63,827 nt of DNA, filler included, from Octopus bimaculoides (GCF_001194135.2; 6 parts of 6 records of this genome joined end to end with filler, not necessarily neighbours in it); one strand, 5' to 3'; shown: positions 1 through 14,329, counted from the first letter of the whole stretch. Notes: generated by a model not told the origin, from the sequence alone. Numbers and translations are program-made.

Positions 1-2343
1 ATAAAGAGAGAAGAGGATGGGAAGAAGAGGAGAAAACGTAAGTAAAAAAAAAAAATTTTTTAAATAAAATAAATGGAAGTGGAGAGACAATTTACTGAAG
101 AGATTGCAAGAGTGCAATGAAATGATTTAACAAAAAACTATATACTGTTTGTAAATTAATAAAGGACTGAACCAGCGTGTGTGTTTATTACCGGCATAAT
201 GCCTCTCCCAAGGTTTAATTGTATTTCTTTCAACACACGTATCCATATCAAGAATCTTGCACACGAAATTTAAACTAGGAGTTTTGGCAATTTTGAATTT
301 CCTCATCATAATCATTTCACTTCCATTTTCCATGCTGGCAGGAGTTGAACAGTTCAACAAGAGCTGGTGAGCCAGAGGGGCCGATCCAGCTCCCAATGTT
401 TGCTTTCACAGGTTTCTATAGCCCGATGTCCTTCCTAATGCCAACCACTTTAAAGTATACTGGTTGCTTCTGACATAATGTTTAGCATCCACTTTTCTAT
501 GCTTGCATGGGTCAGACGGAATTTGTTGAACACTTTCCTACAGCTGGATGCCCTTCTGCTCGCTAACCCTCACCCCTTTCCTCATGAGCAGACATGTTTT
601 CAACGAAAGACTGGAAACTAACAACCCCACATGTATAACAATGATGCTCTTTTACAACCATTGCATGATATCAAGATACGGGTGGACACAAATACACGCA
701 TACATATTCGATGGGTTTCTTTCAGGTTTCATTCTATCAAATCCACTCACAAGGCTTTGGTCAATTTGGGGTTAAAATGAGAGACACTTGACCAAGGTAC
801 TGCACGGTAGAATTGAACCTAAAACAATGCAGTTGTGAAGAAAACTTCTGAACCACACAATTGTGCTTGCACCTTCAGATATAGCATTTTACAATTTCGG
901 TTCTTGGGTATTTCACCCTTTTCTCATCATACTTTACTTATGTTTTAAATAATTTTGAAAATAATCACAAGTTTCAGTGGGGTGGAGATGGGGGGGGGGG
1001 GTTTAATGGTAAGAAGTCTGATTCCCAGTCACATAGTTCCTGGTTCAGTCCCACTGAAATGGCAGGTTTAAATGCCAGAAAGGTTAATTTTTAAAATGGG
1101 AAGTATTATAACAAAGAACTAGAGGAAATCCCACAAGAGTAGGTATGAAGGGCATTCAATTATTAATTTATACAAGAAAATTTGAATAGACATCAATGGA
1201 AGTTTAGTTTTACACACAATCTAGTTTTCAGAGAAATTGTTCTTGGCTTACCTATTGTGAAGTAAATTATTGCTAATAATTAATCACATCAGCATTTAAC
1301 CTAAGTATGACAAGAACTTATTATCAGCCATGTTTTAACATTCATTGCTCATTCATATTATCAACTCTGCCGATGGGAATTTTCACCAAAAACACCCTTT
1401 CTGAGCCTTCAGCTATCTCCCTCTTATTTCTGAGCTATGTCTTAGACCCACCAAACATTGTCTTCAACACCTCTCATATTTGCTGTCATTCTCTACACTA
1501 TCTATATCTGTCACTGATCTCAGCCCCATTCACTACAGCCACCCTTATGTATCTCTTACTTCATCTCTGTCACTGTACATCACTGCTATTTTCTCATCAA
1601 TTCTCCTTCCTGAGGCACCTCACCTTACCCAAACCTGTCCATATTGATATTTCCCATCAACTGCACATCCACTCTTAACATTCACCTCTACCCCCATCTC
1701 CAACTTTCCTTTGACATGCTAATGAATTACCTGACTTTTTGTCACCCCAATCCATATTCCCTCTTTTACTCAGTTTCTTATACTTTGAGATGCTGGCATT
1801 GGTAAGACTGGAACTGGTAAGTCAGAAAGCTGTACCAAGTTCCAGTCTGATTTGATACATTTCCTATGGCTGGATGCCCCTTCCTAACACCAACCTCTCC
1901 AAGAGTGGAGTGGGTGCCTTTACATGTCAGAGGCATGGTCGCCTGTTTGATATTAGTGTGTGTGTGTGTAAAAGGGTCCGTGTGGTATCATGTAAAAGCA
2001 CCTGTGCAGTGCCACATAGAAGCATCCAGCTGTAGAAACCATGTCACATCAGATCGGAGTCTGGTGCAACCAACCCACCCACCTCCACCTGGCTCGTCAG
2101 CTCTAGTCACACCGTCCAACCCATGCCAGCATAGACAACGGGTGTTAAATGACAATGATACACACACACACACAGGGTGTCCAAAAGTTGCCCACCCAAA
2201 CATCTGGCACTTTATATTGCATCATTATTATTATTAATTTTGTTCATCACATCGTACATGTACATTTATCATTATTTTATTTTATTCATGGAGATGTACT
2301 TGCATAGCAAGTAACCTGATCTGAGATCGTGTGCTGGAAAGAA

Positions 2344-2631
2344 AACAATTGCAGCGTGGAAGGTGTTAAATAAGCCATTTAAGAAACACATAAAAACCGT
2401 TAGATTCACTTCAACATTTAAATTTTATTTGCCAAAATATTTTCGTCGCTTTAAGACCGCGACCTGTTCACTGACAAAATTCTGTGCATCACGGAATTTT
2501 GTCAGTGAACAGGTCACGGTCTCAAAGCAATGAAAATATTTTGGCAAATTAAATTTAAATGTTGAAGTGAATCTAACGGTTTTTATGTGTTTCTTAAATG
2601 GCTTATAAACACCTTCCACACTGCAATTGTT
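2344..2631. repeat. Long palindrome (~140-bp arms)
   Basis: AACAATTGCAGCGTGGAAGGTGTT... versus ...AACACCTTCCACACTGCAATTGTT, centre near 2487. Confidence 0.9.
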
Positions 2632-2763
2632 CATTTTATTCACTTTTAGAAAATCTTTCTCCAAAATGTGCNNNNNNNNNNNNNNNNNNNNNNNNNNNNN
2701 NNNNNNNNNNNNNNNNNNNNNNNNNNNNNNNNNNNNNNNNNNNNNNNNNNNNNNNNNNNNNNN

Positions 2764-3125
2764 GGCACAATGGCCCAGTGGTTAGAGCAGCGGACTCACG
2801 GTCATAGGATCACAGTTTCGATTCCCAGACCAGGTGTTGTGAGTGTTTGAGAAAAAACACCTAAATCTCCACAAGGCTCCGGCAGGGGGTGAGGTGGCAA
2901 ACCCTGCTGTATTCTTTCACCACAGCTTTCTCTCTTTCTTCCTGTTTCTGTTGTACCTGTATTTCAAAGGGGCCAGCCTTGTCACACTGAATCACTCCGA
3001 GAACTATGTTAAGGGTACATGTGTCTGTGGAGTGCTCAGCCACTTGCAGGTTAATTTCACGAGCAGGCTGTTCTGTTGATCCAGCTCTTTTGCATCCTTC
3101 TCAGTTCAAATCCTACCACAACACT
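2764..3125 (+). mobile_element. tRNA-derived SINE family C
   Basis: A box TGGCCCAGTGG (2771), B box GTTTCGATTCC (~2815); inverted homologue at 60735-61192. Confidence 0.8.
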
Positions 3126-5199
3126 GGTGCCAACACCCAGTGGACCCAACCTTTCCTTTGAGACAAAATCAGTGATGTCAAAATTAGAGATTGCTGCAGA
3201 CAATTGCTGGTTTTTGATCATTTTACATTCAGTTTTGTATGCTAGCATGGGTTAGATGGATATCTTATTGCAGTATAGTTTTACAGAGAGATGTCCTTCC
3301 TGTTTTTCAAGTAAGGAATTGCTTATTTTACACGTCTTCAAAGAAGTGGAGCAAGTGGATGCTTTGCTAACAGAAGAAGTGACAATAACAGCAACTCTGC
3401 TTACAGTTATCAACTTTCACAGTGCCTATATGTAAACAAACACACACGTATTCAAAATATGTTTTAGGGCGGCGAGCTGGCAGAATCGTTAGCACGCCGG
3501 GCAAAATGTTTAGCGATATTTTGTCTGCCGATATGTTCTGAGTTCAAATTCTGCCGAAGTCGACTTTGCCTAGCATCCTTTCAGGGTCGATTAAATAAAT
3601 ACCAGTTACTCACTGGGGTTGATGTAATCCACCTACTCCCTTTGTCTGTCCTTGTTTGTCCCCTCTGAGTTTAGCCCCCTGTGGGCAATAAAAAAATAGA
3701 TATATTTTTAAGGAGAAATTTAAACAATACAGGTGAGAAATATGGCAAAATATATAAGGTGATGTCAATAAATAAAATCAATAAGATAGTGTATTACTCT
3801 ACAGAAGTTGTTTAATGCCTCTGTTATATTTCGGGAAAGCTTCTCCTTATCAAATACAAGAGAGAAAGTCATATAGGTGTCTGTAGAAAGTGTTATTACC
3901 AGACCGTTCTGGCGTTAGTTCTATCTTATATTTAATAAAAGGAAGCTTTCCCAAAATATAATGGAAGCATTGAACAACCTGTGTAGGGTGGTACAATAAC
4001 TTGGTCTTTTATTTATTGAAATGATCTTTGTACCTATATTTCTTCAATTTCTTCATCTTGACATTATCTGAAAGTTGTAAGCAAGTGTTGCCATCATTCA
4101 AGAAGTGTACCTCATTTCAAATTTTGTGCATTGACATGTCCAGCAATAGGGAAAAATATTATCTTGCTAGGAAACAAATCTGCCTTATCGAATTCCATAT
4201 GATCCAAACAGAAACTGAAAGAAGCCTGTTTTATGTGTATGCGTCTGTCCCCCACTACTGCTTGACAATTGGTGTTGATGTGCAAACCTCTCCATAACTT
4301 AGTGGTTCAGCAAAAGAGGCTATTAATTATCAGGCTTTAAAAATAAGTAAGTACTGGGGTAGATTCGTTCAACTAAAATTCTTCAAGTCGGGTGCCCCAG
4401 TATGGCCACAGTCTAAAGACTGAAGCAAGTAAAACTATCTTACAATATTTCATCCTCATTAATCCTTGGCTGTTAAATCCTGTAAGCTCTGTAGACTTCC
4501 AAAATCTGATGGTGATTATTTGTGGAAATCATAGATTCTACAACATTCTTTTCTACTCTAAGCACAAGGCCAGAAATTTTGGGGGCGGGGGCCAGTCGAT
4601 TAGATCAATCCCACTATGCAACTGGTACTTAATTTATCAACCCTGAAAGGATGAAAGACAAAGTCAACCTCAGCAGGATTTGAACTCAGAACGTAAAGAC
4701 AAGACGAAATACCACTAAGCATTTCGCCTGGCATGCTAACATTTCTGCCCGCTCGCCACCTTAAAGATTCTACAATATTGCCAAAATTACATGTCAAAGG
4801 CAAGGCCTCCTCTCCTTTCCATAACCAGGTAATTCTTGAGCCCTATACAGTTACTGACCACCTACAAAATCACAAGGGCAGTTCATGAAATAATGCTCAT
4901 ATATCTGAGATGTAGCTGTTACACACACAAAATTCTTGAAAAGCACAATTAAAAATCATCATCCATCATTTTATGTCTGTTTTCCATGCTGGCATGGGTT
5001 AGACAGATAATTTCAGCATGAGTCATTTTTTATTGAGAGCTGGTGCTCCTAAAGACTGGGTCTTTTTTTTTTTTTTTTGCGTTATTTGGATTGGTTTAGA
5101 TGGATGGATGCTTTACCAACCACCAAACACTTTACAGAGTGTACTGTGTACATTTCATGGCTCCCACACTCAAGACTCAGTAACCTAAAACATATAGGC

Positions 5200-5451
5200 C
5201 AGTGGTTTTCAACCAGGTAACCATATGGCCATTGGAGGTCCATACAAGATTTTGTTGTTAAAATTTATCTGCAATAAACTGGTTATATTTCTACAATTCA
5301 CAAAATACTTTAATTTTTGAGACAGTTCCTAATAATATCTGATTATAAAGATAAGATTTTTTAAAACATCAAATGGCTATGGGGAGGGGGTCCATCAGAG
5401 TAATATAGTAATCGAAGGGGTCCATAGGTACAAAATAGTTGAGAGTCATTG
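5200..5451. mobile_element. Degenerate hAT-type MITE
   Basis: CAGTGGTTTTCAACC left end and degenerate inverted right end; similar elements near 25760-25965 and 54490-54760. Confidence 0.55.
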
Positions 5452-6690
5452 ACGTAGACCAAAGATAGGGAAAAACACCTTTTATTTTAACCATTGGCTG
5501 ATTAACAAAATCTCACTCATCAGAGCACTATAAACACTAACTAATAAACAAGCATATTGTTTTAAAAACCTATCTTTTATGTTATCATTATCATCATTTT
5601 AATGTCCATTTTTCCATGCTTGTATAGATCAGAAATTCATTGACCCAAATCTCCTAAAGCTTGATTTCTTTTCTCTCACCAACTTTACATCTGTTTCCAA
5701 ATAAGGAAACGTTTTCCATGGTCCTTCAAACATGAACAGCACAAGTGACCAGACACCAGACATGTTTTCATGGAAGATTGCAAATGACCAACCGCTTTAA
5801 TAACGGTAACATTCCATGACAACTACCACATGATACCAAGACAAAGCGACACAAACACTCCCACAAACATATGAAACAGGTTTTTACATTGTCTCCGTCT
5901 ATCAAATCCACTCACAAGGCTTTAGTCACCCTGGGGCTCATATATTATCTATAATGGCCTGCTCCTTTTAACAAGCAGCCAAGCCCAAGTACACCTCCTC
6001 ACCCTACCCCACCCCTATACAGACGTTCAACCTAAAAATCAACAGCACTGACTTCACCATCTTGGAAGGGTTCACAATATAACTAAACAATTTCTAAACT
6101 CAACACAAGGCCACACTTTCTTTGGGAGGCTTATTCCAATGGAACCAACCATAAACTTAAATTCTCTGGTCCTCATCATACAGAGGAATGAAAGGAATGG
6201 TGATGATGATGGTAAGAAGAAGGAGATTTGAAATTTTTATACAAGGCCAGCAATTTCAGGGGACAGGTGCTAGTTGATTACATTGACCCCCCAGTGCTCT
6301 TCTGGTACTTATTTTACTGACCCAGAAAGGATGAAAGACAAAGTCGACCTCAATGGAATTTGAACTCAGAACATAAAAATGGATGAAATGCTGCTAAGCA
6401 TTCTGGCAAGTACGCTAACAATTCTGCCAGCTCATCACAATAATAATAATAATAATAATAATAATAACCCATTCTACTATAAGCACACGGGCTGAAATTT
6501 GAGGGGAGGGAACTGGTCGATTACATCGACCCCAGTGTTTTACTGGGACTTAATTTATCGACCCACGAAAGGATGTAAAGCAAAGTTGGACCGCGGTGGA
6601 ATTTGAACTCAGAACGCAACAGCAGACAAAATACCACTAAGCATTTTGCCCAACATGCTAATAACTCTGCCAGCTCAATACCTTAACTGC

Positions 6691-6726
<36 letters not shown>

Positions 6727-7380
6727 CCTCTCTACTATAGGCATAAGTCAATTTTGGCAGAATTTGAACTCAGAACATAGTGTCAGGCGGAATACTGCTA
6801 AGCATTTCGTCCAGCATGCTAACGATTCTGCCAGCTCAGTGCCTTGTTGTTAATAATAATAATATTTTTCTAATTTTTGGCACAAGGCAAGCATATCTGA
6901 AAGGAGTGGAAAGTTAATTAAATCAATCTCCTTGTATTCAACTGGTGCCTGTTTTATTGACCCAGAAAGAATGGAAAGGCAAAGCTGAACTTGAGCACAG
7001 AATGTAATGACTTAGAAGTAGTTTTCCAGCTCTCTGACAATTCTGCCATCATCATCATTTAAAGCTGATTTTCCATGCTGGCATGGGTTGGACAATTCAA
7101 CAGGAGCCAACGCACCAGAGGGCTGCACCAGGATCTACTGTCTGCTTTCGTATGATTTCAACGGCTAGATGCACCTCCTAATGCCAAACACATCACAGAG
7201 CATACTAGTTACTTTCCACATGGCACCAGTGCCAGTGAGGTTATCAGGTAACTCGCAAGACCCTTCAAATGATTGGGGATGTTGGTGGTTTCGTGCCAAT
7301 ACTAATGTAAATAAGTACTAATCAGAAATTAAAAGGCATTTTTCAATCAAAGCTGATTGACATGAGGTAAACAACAAAAA

Positions 7381-7413
<33 letters not shown>

Positions 7414-8579
7414 AATTAAATGCGAGTTATTGGAAAGAAACTAACACTTATTGGTGTCCTGGACTTTAGTAGATAATTTATTGTTGATTAATTGCATTCA
7501 TTTTCTATCAGTTCAAGGTAACAAAATAATACACACACACACACTCAGGTTCACTGCAAAATATCTACACATTCTTAAGTATAAAAACACTGTATGTATA
7601 CATATACATCACACCTACATATAAAAACAATGAGCACATATACATACACAATTTCACATGGTAAATATGAAATCCAAGTCATATATATACACCATAGTAA
7701 GCACATAAATGTGAAACAAGGTGGAAAAAATAGTACTCAAATACCACAGGTAGAGTAATATGCTTTATTAATAAAGCTGCAAATATGTACGCATACACAC
7801 ACATACACCAGATTGTGTCAAAAGCTACAACTTATATACACATGTATACACACACACATACATACATACATGCATAGGCAGCTGATGAAGGAAAAGTTCC
7901 CTAAGTGGCTCGTCTGTTTTCCTATGTGTTCATTCTGTTGTCTGTAAAAAAAGTCCGTTTTTGTGCTTTGTTTTGTTCCCGTTCCTTTTTTGACGTCCTA
8001 TACCCGGATATGCATCTATATATATATATATATATATATATGTGTATATATATATGAGTCCCACACATATATATCAACATTACTATCATTTAAAATCCAC
8101 TTTTTTCCATACTCACACAAGTTAGAATTTGTTGAGGCAGATTTTCTATGGCCAGAAGCTCATCATTTCATGTTGCCCCTGTCCACTCAGCTGTAACTGA
8201 GTAGCCCTGTGGTGGATTGTGATCATGGTCAATTATTCGCCATGGAAACCAGCTAACTGACCCTTTGAGTCTTAGGGCTCGAGACAATATAGGTGCTGCT
8301 TATGTGGCACCAATGCAGGGCTTATATGTCACCAGCACAGGTAATTTTTATGTGTCACCAGCACAGGTGATTTTTATGTGTATCCTAAATCTAGATTACA
8401 TAAAAGCTTCGTAAATTCATTCAAAAAAAAAAAAAAGAAAAAAAAGATAAAATTCTAACTCAATATTGAAATGTAATTTTTCAAATAAAGATATGGAAGT
8501 TTCTTCATCTCACATTAGGTTTCCTTGTTTTGTTAAAAGTTAAACATGACCAAAAAAGTAAGGAAAAAAAAACAGTCAT

Positions 8580-8954
8580 TTCTTCACACTACCCTACAAT
8601 TAAGAGTGTATATAACACTTTATAATTAAGAGTATATATAATACCTTACAATTAAGAGTGTGTATAATATCCTACAAGTAATATTGTATATAATAACTTA
8701 TAGCTAATAGTGTAAAGCATATATATGTTACAACTAATTGTGTACAGTTTATAGAATAGCTTACAAAAAGAAGGGTACATAATATCTTACAGCAGTGTAC
8801 AGTGTACATAATACCTTACAACTAACAACATACAGTATATAGAATAGTTTCTAATCAAATCAATTACAGTATATATATATAATACCTTACAGAAAATAGT
8901 GTACATAATACCTTACAATTAACAATGTACAGTCTAATAACACAACAGTGTACA

Positions 8955-8960
<6 letters not shown>
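8580..8960. repeat. Degenerate ~27-31-bp tandem repeat (ACCTTACAATTAAGAGTGTATATAAT-like)
   Basis: Recurrent CTTACA...GTGTACATAATA blocks. Confidence 0.75.
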
Positions 8961-9008
<48 letters not shown>

Positions 9009-9811
9009 ACAGTATACAGTGTATATAGTACATTAAAACTAACTAACAAGGGGAATGAGGGCGTTAAGTGTCACAGTGTAGATATTCTTTCTGTTGACAC
9101 CCTTCTTCAATATATAAGAATCAAAATGAGCAGCAGCAACAGCTGATGAAAGTTGGAACGGGTGGGAACAATGGGGGCCGGACAAATGACACACATCTAG
9201 CTAGACACAGGACACACAGACATGACAGGGCATGCAAACAAACAGAAACAAAAAATGGAATACAATACGATAAAAGCAGGAAGGTAGGGATGACATCGAT
9301 GCATTATGTGTTAATGAAAGGACACAAAGACACAAGATATGAAAGCAAATGAAAGGATACAAAAAACAAAAACAAAAAAAGCTAAGATTCAGGGCTGCCT
9401 CATGGGATGTTCAGGCTACGCTTGGAGTCTGATCGTTTGCCCGTCCTATGTATCATATGTGGTACACGGGACATATTTCAAGGACTGACTTAAAAGCAAG
9501 CATGGTAGATTAGAGCAAAGTTATAAAAAGGCTTTGGACAGGAAAAAGGGTTAAGTATGTGTTAGGAGGAGGAATGTTAACATTGTAAGTTAGATACTAG
9601 TTTAATTACAAAGTGGTTTGAGTGAAATACCTGGATTGATATTAATAAACAATGAGGAACCAATAAGATGGTGAAATGTTAGCAATTTTTATAAAATATT
9701 AGTAATTTAGATATCTCTTAACACACACACACATATATATGCAGCCGCAATGATTGACCACTAGCCCCTAAAGCTTTTTTGTATTCCCTCTCTGTTTATT
9801 CCCATGTGTTC

Positions 9812-9847
9812 CTTTCTGATGAAGAGCGTAGGCTCGAAACATAAAAT
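9812..9847 (+). ncRNA. Minimal type I hammerhead ribozyme-like motif (Penelope-associated), probably mutated
   Basis: cttt-CTGATGA-a-gagc(gtag)gctc-GAAAC-ATA-aaa: core and stem II intact; the expected GAAACGUH reads GAAACAUA. Confidence 0.7.
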
Positions 9848-10204
9848 ACTTTCCTACCTTCCCGAGTGTCAAACTAATACATCTGTTTGTTGTTTATACA
9901 TCTGCCTTCGTCTTTTGCTTTCCTGTGGATTCCAATTCTCTCTTTCTCTCTCTCTTTCTTTCTTTCTCTCTCTCTCTTTCTTTCTCTCTCTCTTTCTCTC
10001 TCTATATATATACACACTTTATTTAAATGCAGCAGAAATATAACAAAAGCTGTTACTCAAAAACTGTCTGACGAACGGGAACATTAAACTCTGAGTAACA
10101 GCTTTTGTTATATGTCTGCTACTTTTAAATAAAGCATATTACTCTATCTCTGGTATTTGAGTATTCTTTTTTCCACCTTGTTTCACATTTATGTGCTTAC
10201 TCCA

Positions 10205-10281
<77 letters not shown>

Positions 10282-10710
10282 TATAGGTGCATGTGTGGCT
10301 GTGTGGGAAGAAGTTTGCTTCCTAACCACATGGTTCTGGGTTCAGTCCCACTGCGCGGCACCTTAGTCAAGAGTCTTCTACTATAGCCTCAGGCCAACTA
10401 AATCCTTGTGAGTAGATCTGGTAGATATATCTACGTACATTTACCAGTCTTAGAACATCCAGAGTGTGAAACAGTTCACAAAATGATGTCATTAGAAGAA
10501 TTAAAAGTGTCAATTAATCAGGTTCTAAGTATATCTAGACAAAAGAGACCATTCATTTATCTCTATGAAAATGTGATCCTCGATTGATCTGACCGAATAT
10601 GGTCAAATAAATTATAATTTATAGCACCCACTACACTCTGTAAAGTGATCTCTTCAGCTACATCCTCTGTTACATGTGATTTCAAGGTTTAAGTATTGTT
10701 TGTAACAGGT

Positions 10711-10812
<102 letters not shown>

Positions 10813-10883
10813 CACAATGGACCATCTTTCACTGTATTGTCATTAAGTAGTTGCAGCTGGTTTCGGTTTCTTTTATGGCTGGA

Positions 10884-10917
<34 letters not shown>

Positions 10918-11014
10918 CACACACACATACATACACATATTACACAAACATAAAGACATATATACATATATCTTTATACACACATGCAATATATTCATAT
11001 GTATACATACACAC

Positions 11015-11066
<52 letters not shown>

Positions 11067-11130
11067 ACACACATGGCTATTTGTGTGGGAGAGGGAACCT
11101 GAATAAATTGGCACATTCTATGCTCCTTAA

Positions 11131-11355
11131 CCCTTTTGTTACCATATTTCTGTTGAGATGCTCTGTGTTTCTTTAAGTAAATTTTAAATACAACAAAGAA
11201 TTTATTAAAATAACTTAGTTATTATCATTCAGCTAGTGTTAGGAACATAAATTGTGACTAAGGTTTGATGGAAGATTTTAATTCAAAACTTAGGAAAACA
11301 AGACATTTGTACTACAGAGCCAGAGCTGGTTTCAGCCGGGTTGGTAACGAAAGGG
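11131..11355 (+). mobile_element. piggyBac-type MITE with TTAA target duplication
   Basis: TTAA|CCCTTTTGTTACC...GGTAACGAAAGGG|TTAA; related partial copies near 13555-13750, 23065-23310 and 46050-46150. Confidence 0.8.
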
Positions 11356-14329
11356 TTAATGGATCAATACTAAAAGCCTTTTTCTTGTAGCTTCTCTCTC
11401 GTTTTGTATACGATAGTGAATAAGTATACAGAGAGAGAGAAGAGGAAGAGTCTAGCCATTCCATACTGTAACTTTTATATATTCCATGATAGCAGCAATC
11501 TATAGAGCAGTAAGTTCCATCCTAATCTACCAGTCTTAGAACACCCAGAGTGTGAAACAGTCCACAAAATGATGTTATTAGAAAAATTAAAAGTGTCAAT
11601 TAATCAGGTTCTAAGTATATTTAGACAAAACAGACCATCCATTTATTTCTATGGAAAAAGGAAAAGTCAAATCCAAGGAGACCTCACTGGTGCTGGTGCC
11701 ACATTAAAAGCACCCAGTCCACTCTGTAAAGTGGTTTGCATTAGGAAGGGCATCCACTCATAGAAACCATTCCACAGCAGACCCCTTCATACTCTTATGG
11801 AACATCATCTATCTATCTCCTCTACTACTTATACTCTCTGCCACCACTGTTCCCTGTGGGTAGGCCCTCTCTAGCTGTTTCTCTATCATTCTCCCAAATT
11901 CTCTCTCATCTTCCTCTCCTTCTTTGTTCTATTAGGGTAGCCAGGTATCTCCTCTATAGTAAGACAGCTACCTCTGTCCCTCCATTATACTCTAGCCTCT
12001 TGCCTGGCACATAGACACCTCCCTCGGTTCCACCTGCCTCTCTCAATTAAGGGGCCTTCGTCATGCAAGTTACTCAGCAAACCTGCTTGTGCTGGTCCCA
12101 TGTAAAAAGCACCCAATACATTCTGTAAAGTGGTTGGCATAAGGGAAGGACATCCAAACAGAGAAACCTTGCCAAAGCAGACAATTGGAGCAAGTTGCAG
12201 CTCTCCAGCTTCTTCTGTCAAACCGTCCAACCCATGCCAGCATGGAAAGCGGACGTTAAGTGATGATGATGATGGATCACTCACACACAAGAGATATATT
12301 TTTACTCAACACAAATGACCCACAGTTTTCAAAAAAAAAAAAAAAATGGGGGAGGTTGTGACAAGCATGCCTTAACCAAGACAACAACAGCACAACTGAA
12401 GGCAACTGGTTTCAGTCAAGAATCAGTGAAGAATTTACCAGCCCCTACTTCTCACCAAGCATTATGCCCCTGCAGCTTACCCCAATCAAGAATCAAAACT
12501 GTCCCAAACTAACGAGCAGCCAATCTCCCTTTTAATGATTTTGCTCAACACCACAAACAACTAAAAATGGTTAACTTAGTAAAATACAATACAACTACAA
12601 TATAAATTAAACTATCTTTTACATGCTTCAGTAACTAGATTGGGGTCATGCTGGAGCACAGCCTTCAAGAATTTTTTAGTCAAACGACCTCAGTCCTTTT
12701 TTTATTTTTCTTCAAGTCCGGTACTTATTCTGTCAGTCACATTTGCCGAACCACTAAGTTATGGGGATGTGAACATATCATTATCGGTTGATAGGGGACA
12801 AACACCAATACACACTCATAGATGTGTGTGTGTTTGTATACATGACTGATTTCTTTCAGTTTCCGTCTACCAAATCCACACACAAGGTTTTGGTTAGTTC
12901 AAGGCTATACTAGAAGACGCTTGCCCAGGGTGCCATGCAGTGGGACTGAACCCAGAACCATGTGGTTGGGAGGCAAGCTTCTCACAACACAGCCACAAAT
13001 ATGCCTATATTGAAAATATTGATTGTTGGAGAAACAATTAAAATTTAAATTTTCAAAAATTATTCCATGAAGTCTAAAACCAAAAATAGTTCATACAAAA
13101 TTCTAAAAATTCACACTAACAAAGTGAAGAATTTACCAGCCCCTACTTCTCACCATGCACTATGCTCTTGAAGCTTACCCCATCTTGTCATTTCTCAGTC
13201 TTTTTTACCCTCACCCTGTCAATCATATTGCTCTCATTCTGCCCTCCCACTCCCTTTTCCATCCTCTTCTATCCTTCCCAACAGTCACCCTTCAACCCTA
13301 CCAAATTTTATTATTTTATGGTGCCAAGCACCCAGTACACTCTGTAAAATGGTTGGCGTTAGGAAGGGCATCCAGCTGTAGAAACCATGTCAAAATTAGA
13401 CAATGGAGCCCGGTGCAGCTCCTGGTATTACTAGCTCCTGCCAAGGCATTCAACCCATGCCAGCATGGAAAATGGATGTTAAATGATGATGATGTAGGTT
13501 GCCTCCCCCTCCCCTTGTCTGGTTATAGGGATATATTACCTTACATGGAAACAGGTACTTGAAACCACCCCCGGTTCTATTATAAGAGTTTCTTCTTTTT
13601 GAAGTTATCTAAATTAAAATTTGCCATCAAAATTTCATCTCCCAAACACCAGCTTAATAATGACAGTTATTTTACTAAATTCATTATTTTAAAAACTACT
13701 TGAAACAAAGACAATGTTTTCTAACAGGAATATGGTAACAAGAAGGGTTAAATGCTGTTATATATATATACATGAGAAGAGACAAGAGTAAACACACAAA
13801 GATATTTGATTCAATAAAATACTCCATAATAAGCTAGAAGGGCAGGGATCAAAAGGGAAAAAAGGATCAATATATTTCTGTAGTCAGTGGGAGCACTTTA
13901 AAATGCTGAGTGTTTCATTAGCTTGCAATGCTTAACTCAAGTTCGCGAGAATTTATAGCTTCAAGTGAAGGCACATGACATATTGATTAGGGTGCTACAC
14001 GAATGATTGCAAAATTGTGGTTTCAATTCTTGGATAGGGCAGTGCATTGTGCACTTAAGCAAAACTCTTATTTCATGTGGTTCCAGTCCATCCAGGCAGA
14101 CAGGCAGGCATTTCATTCATGGGAAGAAAAGCTGTGACTGTGGTCGCTTATACGCCATGGAAACCAGGTAACCAGCCCTATGAATCCTCAAACTTGAAGC
14201 AGTAATGACCACGTCGAAATGGCTTACCCCCAACACTATGTACAACTATCAAATCAAGACTAATGCTTCAATTCTTCAATGAGTTATAAGAGCCATTACC
14301 ATAGTAACACAGCCCTTCAAATCATTAAT

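Noticed and set aside
127-300. Possible minus-strand exon LNFVCKILDMDTCVERNTIKPWERHYA
   Set aside because: The donor is plausible but the acceptor lacks a pyrimidine tract, and no homology is recognised.
2764-2835. tRNA gene
   Set aside because: A and B boxes are present, but the sequence continues into a SINE body shared with 60735-61192, so it is a SINE head.
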